Virus record (IMG/VR): IMGVR_UViG_3300017963_000003
Location: 64,001-128,000 of that record
Reading direction: 5' to 3' (one strand)
DNA from: a virus
Length of the DNA: 64,000 nucleotides
This document shows, one piece after another, positions 53,252-62,756 of the stretch. Both the position numbers and the translations under genes were made by a program. Each line of letters begins with the position of its first letter. Positions within the stretch are counted from its first letter, which is position 1. The notes under the pieces are model-generated. The model did no database searches. It was not told the DNA's origin and worked only from the letters and a program-made list of their open reading frames with translations.

Positions 53252-53756
53252 CGTCTCCCTCCACGGCTAGGATTTCGTCCATCCTCTGAGTGCCGATGGC
53301 CTCTCTGATCTTGGCCAAGTCGGTTTCCATGCGCTGGCACTGCTCGGACAGTCGATCCCTCTCGTCCCCCAGCTCCGCCCGCACCTCAAGCCCGCGAGTG
53401 ACATCTCCTCGGAGCTGATTGTTCAGCCTCTTGGCCTCCTTCAATAGCTCCTGGGTATCCCTGACCTCCAGACGAGCCTTCTGGGCTACCTCCTTGGCTT
53501 TCTCGGCATCTTCGTTCGCCCACTTGACCGCAGCGTCCTCGTTGAGTCGCATAAGGAATCGTGTAGATGTCGAAGGCACCATCTCGTCTCGGTAAACGGG
53601 ATTCCCGTACTGGTCCTGGTTCCCGCTCTGGCAAGACTGCATACGAGACTCCTGCTCTTGATACACCCCCACGATCTCGTACCCGCAGAGAGACAGCGCG
53701 TGAACTTTCTCCTCCTCGACGACCTGAACCTCTCCCGTCAATTCCATCTTGATCAT
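53244..53756 (-). CDS. Coiled-coil hypothetical protein
   Basis: ORF track. Confidence 0.6.
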   Translation of the reverse strand: MIKMELTGEVQVVEEEKVHALSLCGYEIVGVYQEQESRMQSCQSGNQDQYGNPVYRDEMVPSTSTRFLMRLNEDAAVKWANEDAEKAKEVAQKARLEVRDTQELLKEAKRLNNQLRGDVTRGLEVRAELGDERDRLSEQCQRMETDLAKIREAIGTQRMDEILAVEGDDV

Positions 53757-54196
53757 TTTCCGTCCTCCTTTTCGTGGAGTTCCTCCCGCAGCTGGATCAA
53801 CTCTGCCAGCACGGGGTCATCGGGCTCTTCGTACTTCTCAGGTTCCACGGTCTTGGCCCCTTTGTAGAGGTTGCATTGAGGACACGCCAACTGGAGGTTG
53901 GTGAGGTCAAACTCAGCACCTCCCTTGGAGAGAGGTACGATGTGGTCGACATGGAACTTCTGGTGTCGCCGGATGCGCGAGCCGCAAATCATACAGATAC
54001 CCCCATCGCGCTCGTAGACGACCCTGCGAACCCTCTTCCAGTCCGTCCCCATGAAGAAGTCGCGCAGACACTCCCGGCCGCAGAACGACGTTCTCCTGCC
54101 GCTCAGGGTCTTCCCGCATACCCTACAAAGACGTCGCCCCTGCGCGTCCTTACGGTACGGGAACAGCTTCGCATTGCTGTGAACGAGTCGACTCAT
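53753..54196 (-). CDS. HNH endonuclease
   Basis: RDGGICMIC...HVDHIVPLSKGG...NLQLACPQCNLYKG; start MSRLVHSN. Confidence 0.9.
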   Translation of the reverse strand: MSRLVHSNAKLFPYRKDAQGRRLCRVCGKTLSGRRTSFCGRECLRDFFMGTDWKRVRRVVYERDGGICMICGSRIRRHQKFHVDHIVPLSKGGAEFDLTNLQLACPQCNLYKGAKTVEPEKYEEPDDPVLAELIQLREELHEKEDGK

Positions 54197-54465
54197 TCCG
54201 AAAACCCAGCAACCAACGGGAACACCTTGTCGAAGCACTCTCGGGCATCGACGTACTGCTCCGGACGAACCCTCTTCGGGGTATCCATGAACTCTTCTAC
54301 GTTCGCGGTGATGCCGAGGTTGACCAGCTCGTCGAAGCACTCGCAGCAGATGTACCCAAGCCGGTTCGAGTAGCGATCACACATCACGTTGTCGCAACCT
54401 GTCCTGTCGCACGCCATCACTCCCATCATGCACCTCTCTGAAGGGGGATCACGGAAAACTTGCAC
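54193..54465 (-). CDS. Small Cys-rich protein
   Basis: MGVMACDRTGCDNVMCDRYS...YICCEC. Confidence 0.6.
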   Translation of the reverse strand: MQVFRDPPSERCMMGVMACDRTGCDNVMCDRYSNRLGYICCECFDELVNLGITANVEEFMDTPKRVRPEQYVDARECFDKVFPLVAGFSE

Positions 54466-54707
54466 GGAGTCCCGTCGGTCAACCTCTTGATCCGAATCGC
54501 CCGTTTGTCTCTCGAAGGACCCAGCTCGATGTACCCAAAACGCACTAGCTCGTCGAGATGGTCCTTCACCGTACCTACGTTCCGCAACTGTAGCAGATCT
54601 GCGAGCCGGCGGCGCGTCGGAGGATAGCCCATGCGGTCGATATAGGAAATCACCGTCTCCAGCACTTCGAGCTGACGGGTGGTCGGTTTTGTACTCTTGA
54701 GGGCCAT
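54426..54707 (-). CDS. Second LexA-type DNA-binding domain protein
   Basis: PTTRQLEVLETV...GYPPTRRRLADLLQLRNVGTVKDHLDELVRFGYI...RAIRI. Confidence 0.85.
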   Translation of the reverse strand: MALKSTKPTTRQLEVLETVISYIDRMGYPPTRRRLADLLQLRNVGTVKDHLDELVRFGYIELGPSRDKRAIRIKRLTDGTPCKFSVIPLQRGA

Positions 54708-54710
54708 CGA

Positions 54711-55793
54711 CTACTTCCTTGGATCTGAGCAGATGCTCTCAGTCGACATGTAACCACCCCTCTGAGAGCGCCGGTTCATCTCCAACGACAGATACACAAC
54801 TAGCGCAGCCATTCCTTCACAGCGAAGCTTTTCAGCCTTCGTGCGCGGCTTGGTCGGGTGAATGCACTCGCCCACGTAATACATGTGTGCATCCGACTCA
54901 GCGATGTAGTAGCCGATCTCCTTGCAGTCGCTCTTCGAGTACTCCCCGTCGCCCTTGGCCGACAGGCAGAGCACGGCCAGTATCAGTAAGAAACACACTC
55001 GCACGTCAGCCCTCCTGTTCCTTCCCTCGGAGTAGGGAGATGAGCGTACAGGAGAGGCAGCCAGAGCCGTCCTTTCTGTCGATGCAGCCGATCTCCTTGT
55101 ACAGCTCCGAAAAGACCTTGCGGGATTCCTCCAGTCGACCCTCCAGCTCTTCGAGGCGACACCACGGGCAGTTCTCTTTCGGGACGTAGCCTACCCCGTC
55201 ACATCCGGGACGAATGACCTCGGTAAAACCATGTTTGGGGCACCGAATCGCAACCGACAGCACAAAGTCTCTCTTGCAGTCGGTCATGTCGGCATCCTTG
55301 TCAGCAATTCGCAGCTTTTCTGCCACGCCCAGTGCTTCTCAAGATCTCCAGGCTTGTTCTTACGGATGTACCCAGCGCCAGCGAGTCCCGTAGGGACACC
55401 TGGGAGGCGAAACTGCTCTTGTCGGCAGTTACCCACCGCAGTTCTTGCCATCATGAACGAACCCGCTAGCGAGTCTTCGTACATCGCCTCTTCGGCTTCG
55501 AAATCATGCTCCCACTGGTCATCGTCTTCACAGGTGTAATCGAATGGATCTTTGGTACGCACTGGTTTCCCGATGACACCGATTTTTACCAACGTATCTG
55601 CCGCCGCGCAGTCATGGCAGCACGGGTTGCCTTCTAGGTCGAGCGGAGCATCGGCTCCCTCTGGCAGCGGCATGATGGCTTCCTTGCGGATCGCCCCATT
55701 CATGTGCGCGTTGATACAGCGCGGACACGGATCTTGCATCACTTCTCCCTCCACTCCAGCATCGGTCTGGTCGATTCGACGCGTACCCCACAC
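54711..55793 (-). other. Three small hypothetical genes (54711-55004 secreted Cys-rich; 55006-55326; 55284-55739)
   Basis: ORF track; signal-peptide-like MRVCFLLILAVLCLSA in the first. Confidence 0.55.
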
Positions 55794-55873
55794 CGCAAGC
55801 GGTGTCCCTGGGACGACCCTCCCTACGCGTCATATCCAGTCCTCCTCGTACAAACCCACATAACAGCCTGACC

Positions 55874-55903
55874 TATATAGCACAGGGGCACACCGGGTGT
55901 CAA
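55874..55903 (-). promoter_or_regulatory. Class I early promoter TTGACA-N18-TATATA
   Basis: Extended TG; downstream TTTGTACGAGG variant box. Confidence 0.7.
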
Positions 55904-55919
55904 GAAGAGGGTCGAAAAG

Positions 55920-58900
55920 TCACCTCTGCGGGTGACTACGCCCCTCGAAGTAGCAGTCCGAAGCGTCGTCGGGGTCCAGGCCAGCGACCAAGGCCAAGTC
56001 ATTGGCATCAAGGACGCCCTTCGCGGCCAAGACCTCACAGAGCTTAGAAAACGCCGACGCGATCAGATCAACGCTCGGAGCCGTCAGTGTAGGGTAGTGG
56101 CTATTTGAATTCTGATACACGTACACCGAGGACTGGATGAACTCCTTGACGGGTTTGACCAACTCCCCCTCAACGGGGTCGGGGTATACGATTCTGGTGC
56201 TGTCGGTCATGTCACTTCTCCATGGATTCGAGTTCTTTCCTGAAGCTCGGTAGTCGCGCGATCATGAGACGGCAGCTGTTTGCCTTATCCGTGGGCCACA
56301 GCTTTTTCCACAAGCGGAAATACCAAGAGACCTCGCGAAACAGGAAGACCGGACGTGCGTCAGTCAGCTCGTCGAACATCTCGTCACCCAGGTAGCCCTC
56401 CTTCCAGAGCCACGCTATCATCTTCATCCCCGCATCTGTGGCAAGATCCTCGATGTCGTGCTCTGTGTACGAGTATATATGCATCTCAGTGTTTCTCCTT
56501 TCCGAAGCAGTCGTAGCAGGCATACCCTTCGCACGCCTCTTTCGTGTGAGGGGTGACGTGAGCTGGATGCCAGCCCCTGCGCATCTCTGCTATCTCGGAC
56601 TCACAGGTCATCAACGACTCGTAGACGTAGTCGCAGCGCCGCATCTCCTTGTCAGCCTGCTCCTGCCAATCAACGAGCGTGTCCCAGCAAACGATCTCAC
56701 GAGACTCTTCGACGTACCGTTCGATGTCCTCCTGGCACTCGACCCACGCATGCTTCCAGTACATCACACGCTCGGTCTCGGGCTCGAACTCGGAGAACGA
56801 ACTACACTCCTCGAACAGGTCCTTGTACTGCTTGACCTCGTGCTTCCACTGGAACCAGTTGAACGCCCACATACCAAGAAGCACCGTGTACGCGACGATC
56901 AAGATGTTCCACCGTCTTCGGTAATAATCATTCACGGACTACCACCACCTTTCCGAGAGCACGATTGCGCCCATGATCAGACCCACGAACCAACCATACC
57001 CGGACTCGCCCTGAGAAGAATCCACAGCATCTGTACGACCGGGTTCTCGAAGCCGCTAGTCACTTGAAACCACCAGACAGATGCGCCGAACAAAGCAACT
57101 ATCGCCAGGACGTACAGCAATTTGCAGACGATCTCGACCACCAGTTTCTGTACCGAAGTCACCTAGCCCTCCTCGACCTCAGAAAGTACATCGCAACGGC
57201 AACCCGCGTTCTTCCCAGTCTTCTGCATGTCCACTTGGCGTGTTGCTATCGAGTCGATGAAGTCCTTGTCCCACAGAACATCGATCTCCCGTTTCGAGAC
57301 CTTCTTAGCCTCTTCAACCGTGAAGACATGAGCGTCTTCGAGATGAGTCGTATAGCCTGCGTAGTCCTTGGCCCACCACAGAATGCAGTTGCCGACAGGC
57401 CCACGGTTCTGCATGTAGTAGAGCTTCTCCTCCCCCGAAGATCTCCCACACTGTACGTCAGGGTACTCCCACGGAAGAGGCTCGACACCGCGTAGGCGCT
57501 GTAAGGTTTCGTAGCGGTCGTTCTCTGCATCTCCGACAAAGGTGTCGTGCCACCCGTAGTCGTAGTGCCGGCACTGGAAGTGCATGCACCTTCCGTCCTC
57601 TACGAGATCTCCATGCTCGGCCGGCATGTCGCACCAGTCGCAGGTAGGTGGATTCTCCGCCAGGAACGCCTTGCACGCCTTCTCGCACTCCTCGGCCTCT
57701 TCGTAGGTCGAGTGCTCCGTGTAGCAGTACTCGCAGCTCCAAGGTATGTCGTCTATCCTAGTCGGCATCCCATCCTCCCTCTTTCTCCAGCTCCCCCAGG
57801 GAACCGAGAATCTCCCGCAGGCTGTCATACGAAGTACGACTGTCGCACCCCCGCTGCTTCTCTGTCCACTCCCGCACTTCGCGCAGTTTAGCTTCGGCAA
57901 CTTCGGCACGGGCCGTTTAATTTAGTCGGGGTGCTGCGTCGGGTTGGAGAGTCGTCCTAAACAGGTTATGACGCAGCACCCCATGTTTCAGTCCTTCCTC
58001 TTCGCACCCTCGATGATCATGAGTGCGTACGCGACAGCCCGACGGTACTCGATCTCTCCCTGTTCCCCGAGAGCCACAGAGCGTGAGCATTCCAGCAACC
58101 GACCCTCAATCCTGTCGACGACCTTCTTCCACTTTGCCCTATCGTGCCAGCGTGTCGCAACCTTGAGCCGAGAGGACTTGTCCAGAAGGTCACGCCCGGC
58201 GTCAAGAGCTTCTGCGGCCGACTTGAGCACCTCTCGCGCCGCCAGTTCCACGTCTTCGTCGTAGAAACTCACTTCAGCCATTATCTCTCCGCTGGTACTC
58301 ACCGCACCATTCGTCATCTTTGACGGGAGGCCAACCTGAGACGACATGCTTGGACGTGATGAATGATGGCCTGAAGGACTTCCGGAATTCATCTTTGGTC
58401 GCGCCGTACACTGGCCACGTCATGCGCGGCGACTTCTTATGGCACTCGTTGTTGCGGCAGAAGCGGCAGTTCTTGCAGCTTTCTTTATCGACTTTTCTTT
58501 TGGTCATCGTCTTCCTCCTCGGGCGCGTGAGTGGGGGCGGTGTTGAGTTGCTCGCGAATCTGCTGGGCACACTCGCGGGGCGACCACTCTCGGCACCGTG
58601 GCCTCTCACACAACCTGGCGGCTTCCTCTAGAGCGTCGGACCTCGCCGCCGCCAACGTCGCCCGCGCCTCGTCCCGCTCGCGCTCCAACTCTGCGATCTG
58701 CTCGTCTACGCAATCTCCGCAACGGCAACGCGGGCCTGCTAATGCGCCGTGCCTCATGCAGGTGTACTCCATCTCAGTCCTCCTCGACAATGACCGTATA
58801 GCCGCTGCGGGACTCGGTACCAATGCGGTCTGGGCGCACCCAAGTCTTAGAGGTCCCCCAGTTGACCCGTACACGACCGAGGTGTTCAACATCAGAACCC

Positions 58901-61167
58901 TTTTCGATCACCGCCCCCTTCCGGTAGCTACACCGGGGATCGTTGTCCTGGATGACCATACCGATCTTGACATCTTCGAACTTCATTCACGCGCTCCTTA
59001 CTCTACGTAGCATAGTCCCCCACCCATCCCGCCAGTACACAGCAAGCCCACTACACCGACGAATATCAGCGTCCCGGACACGCCTCCCCACCAGTAGGTG
59101 AAGATTTGGTCCTGTCTGCGCGCTGGGTGGATGAACGCAAAGGGGATGAGGCAGAACGGGAGCGCAGCGGCACCCAAGTAGCCGAGTATGAACGACCACC
59201 CGAACAAGGTACGTAGCAGTTCCACGGCCCCTACTCCCCCTTCAGCGACTGGTCGTCCTCAGTCCCGAGGATGACATCCAGATCGTCCCAGACAATCGCC
59301 TGGAGCGGCCCCCTGTTCAGCTCCGCCCACTTCCTCACCTCGGATAGCCTTGAGCGCACCTCGGTCACCTCGCGCTCGGCTGCGGAAAGCTTGTCCCGCG
59401 TTTCGCCATGCCACTTGACCTCATAGCCGTGGTCGCGCTTCCACCCGTCCCGCTCGCGCAGCGCGTCTCTATACCATGGTGACTTTTTGACGCACTCCTC
59501 GCATACGTAGTCGTTGTGCTTCCCAAACAGCTTGCTGTCGTCGTGCGGATATGTTTTGCAGATCGCGCAGTATTTATCGCTCATCGTCTTGCTCCTCGGG
59601 CGCGGGGGTGGTGAGGATGCAGCCTAATTCTAACCAATCTTGTTGTGTCAAGCCCCCGTAAACCAGTGGGCTGCGTTTCTTCTTCCACTCCCTCACCGCC
59701 TCCAGCTTCGCCTCTGCTCTCTCGGTGCGCGCGCGGAGTCGTACATTTTCGTCAAACATCCTGGTGTAGTCGTCCTCCCAGCACTCGCACGAATAGGCCA
59801 GGTCATCGCATGCTTCCCGTGCCTCGTCTCGCTCGCGCTCGGCTTTTAAGGCACGTTCGCGCATAGTGTCCAACGCATCTTCTTTTGTCACATGGTATGA
59901 CATCTCAGTCCTCCTCGGGCACGTCGAGCGCAAGAAATGCAACTGCCCAATCTCCCGGTCCCGCTCCTCGATCACGCGCGCATCAGCAGCCCTCACTGCT
60001 GCCACGGCATCGGCCAGAGACAGGTGCTCGTGATCGCGCCCGATACTCTCGGAGTATACGCGAGCTATCTCCCGGTCCCGCTCCTCTACGGCAGCGAGGG
60101 CGCGGAGTATGTCTTCATTCGTCCACTCGCAACAATCGTCTGGCTCCTCTGTAGCGTACTGCCGGTACTCTACGATCTCCTCCGCCGTCAGCGGCTTGTA
60201 TTCAGTCATCGCGCATCCCCACACTTCCGCATCTCCCGATGCCCCTGCACCCACTCCTGGAGAGTCTTCTCACGGTACTTGCCGTGGTACTGTGCAAACC
60301 ACAGCGCCACCTCTTCTAGAGTGACACGACGTTCGACCTCGGGACCGAGACGAAGCAGCTCTCCCTCAATGGACTCGATGACATCTGCGGGAGCGTTTTC
60401 CGTCATCCACATCAGCGCGTTGCTTAGATCCATCTCGGTTCTCCTCGTCTACGGCGACAATCACCCCCACCCACTCATTGGGGTAGTTGAAACGCAGATC
60501 ACGAACGTTTCCAATGAGCACTCCGTCAACTGACGCGCTGCCGTCGTCCTTCCCTGAAAAAGAAATCCCCACCTTGAGTGGACCGTGACTGCGAAAGTCG
60601 TCCCTACTGTGATAGGTGTGACGGTTGGCGTAGGTCACGACAGGCAGCTCGGGGTCCACCTGCCTGAGCACCTCAATCAGTTCCTTGACCTTCATCTCAG
60701 CCCTCCTCGCTCGTGGCCAGTGCGTAGACCATCTCGGGCACGGTACACTTCTCCTCCGAAGGCCAAGGCCACTCGGCCTTCTTGAAGCACTCGGGACAGA
60801 TACGATGGCCAGACTGAACACCGTCGGCGGCCTTCGCCATGCGACCACACCTCGAACAAACCCAAAGAGGTCCTCCGAGCAACTTCGACAATCGCTCCAG
60901 GGTATCTTGGTTCAGAACGCTGAAGCGGCTCTCGTGTTCGAGTATATTCTGACGCTCTGTGAGGCCCTGCACCATCCGTTCCAGCGCCCGCCTCTCCTGT
61001 GAGGCCTGCTGGTGCATATCTCGGAGAGTCAGGCAGCGGGCCTGGAGATTGGCAACACTCAGCTTCAAGCCCTCGCGGTCTTTGATCGTCGCGCGCAGCG
61101 CCGCCGACATTGCATCGATCTCATCGAGGATCTCAGCCTTGGTCCGTCTGTCCTTCGCATCACCCAT
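55920..61167 (-). other. Cluster of about 15 small early hypothetical genes
   Basis: ORF track (e.g. 55920, 56212, 56486, 56977, 57163, 57988, 58274, 58485-58772, 58774, 58998, 59231, 59574, 60206, 60366-60695, 60697); ERERDEAR coiled-coil, CxxC and TM motifs typical of phage accessory genes. Confidence 0.6.
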
Positions 61168-61168
61168 C

Positions 61169-61231
61169 TCAGTCCTCCTTCTTCATCCGCAGCAGATCCG
61201 TACCGCCACCGGAAAACCGAACATTGCCCAT
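61169..61231 (-). CDS. 20-aa peptide MGNVRFSGGGTDLLRMKKED
   Basis: GGAGGA RBS; first ORF after the promoter at 61301; its stop is part of the GGAGGACTGAGATG junction. Confidence 0.45.
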   Translation of the reverse strand: MGNVRFSGGGTDLLRMKKED

Positions 61232-61271
61232 CGTTTCGATCCTCCGTACCAGATCACGTACGACCCTCTAT

Positions 61272-61301
61272 GCTATATCATAGGTCCAAGGTTCCTGTCA
61301 A
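61272..61301 (-). promoter_or_regulatory. Class I early promoter TTGACA-N18-TATAGC
   Basis: Extended TG; 39 nt from the array trailer. Confidence 0.7.
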
Positions 61302-61339
61302 GCAGAAATCTTCTCACTGTCACAGACCATTCCACTACC

Positions 61340-62590
61340 GTCGAGACTTCTAAACCGTCTCACAGACATCGAGGGGATCGGCCAGTCGAGACTTCTAAAC
61401 CGTCTCGCAGGTATTGTAAGCTGAGGCGATGAACCGTATTGCCAACACGGCCCGACAGTCGAGACTTCTAAACCGTCTCGCAGGTATTGGAAGCCCGCGA
61501 GAGTGAGCGCGTCTCCAGATGAGGCCAAGACGTCGAGACTTCTAAACCGTCTCGCAGGTATTGGAAGGGCCTCATGGTAGAGGATGTTGTCGGCGCGGTT
61601 GGGGGTCGAGACTTCTAAACCGTCTCGCAGGTATTGTAAGAAGAGCAACGGGCGAAGTGAGGGTACCAAGCACTTTGCGTCGAGACTTCTAAACCGTCTC
61701 GCAGGTATTGGAAGGGCGATCCCGAAAAAGATCGCGGCTTGGCCTCTCAGTCGAGACTTCTAAACCGTCTCGCAGGTATTGTAAGAACTGCGTGTTCGGG
61801 CTCCAGCTCAACCCGGCCTCTCAGTCGAGACTTCTAAACCGTCTCGCAGGTATTGTAAGCTCCGCGCGACGGAAGGGTAACGTCTACATCACCACGTCGA
61901 GACTTCTAAACCGTCTCGCAGGTATTGTAAGAGTGGACTGGCAACCACTCCAACGGAGAGTGGCGTCCGTCGAGACCTCTAAACCGTCTCGCAGGTATTG
62001 TAAACAAGGGACGGTGCGCGCCCTGGGCCAGGCCTCCGGGATGTCGAGACTTCTAAACCGTCTCGCAGGTATTGGAGGACCCCAACCGGGGAAAGCACAG
62101 TAGAAAAGGAATGTCGAGACTTCTAAACCGTCTCGCAGGTATTGTAAGTCGGGTACCAGCCGAGAAGGTGTGTACCTCTACCATCGTCGAGACCTCTAAA
62201 CCGTCTCGCAGGTATTGGAAGGGTCGGGTTGCGCGGTGGTCGGGATTCGACACCTCGGGTCGAGACTTCTAAACCGTCTCGCAGGTATTGGAAGCTGGTG
62301 ACGCAGGTCCGGGATGGGGCGTTCTGCAAGCTGTCGAGACTTCTAAACCGTCTCGCAGGTATTGGAAAAAGAGCAACGGGCGAAGTGAGGGTACCAAGCA
62401 CTTTGCGTCGAGACTTCTAAACCGTCTCGCAGGTATTGGAAGACGGAATGCGGCGTGAAGCTGGTGGAGCATCCGGGTGTCGAGACTTCTAAACCGTCTC
62501 GCAGGTATTGTAAGCAGGATTTCTCGGTCGAGCGTGCTGAGGTTGGCCATCTTCGTCGAGACTTCTAAACCGTCTCGCAGGTATTGTAAG
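61340..62590 (-). CRISPR. CRISPR array: 17 full 36-bp repeats plus one degenerate trailer repeat; 16 spacers of 34-40 nt plus a short trailer spacer
   Basis: Minus-strand repeat CTT(A/C)CAATACCTGCGAGACGGTTTAGAAGTCTCGAC with a 3-prime CGAGAC/GTCTCG hairpin. Plus-strand starts: 61340 (degenerate), 61385, 61458, 61532, 61605, 61679, 61750, 61824, 61896, 61969, 62043, 62113, 62186, 62259, 62333, 62407, 62479, 62555. Orientation inferred from the degenerate end and the cas gene. Confidence 0.97.
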
Positions 62591-62756
62591 GGCGCTTCGC
62601 CAGATCACAACAATTTCAGCAAGTTTGCTCTATGATTTCGAGCGGTCCACCACGACTGCCGTCGCGCCCAGAATTTCTTCAATGGTTTCGAGCACCAGGC
62701 CTCACCACGACCACAGCGCTCGCCAAATTGTCAAAGAACCAACCGACCCGAACCGC
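62591..62756 (-). promoter_or_regulatory. Putative CRISPR leader
   Basis: 166-nt non-coding, relatively AT-rich segment between the cas stop and the first repeat. Confidence 0.55.

Noticed and set aside
61298-62550. ORFs with repeating SRLLNRLAGI or FQYLRDGLEVST peptides
   Set aside because: Translations of the CRISPR repeats, not genes.
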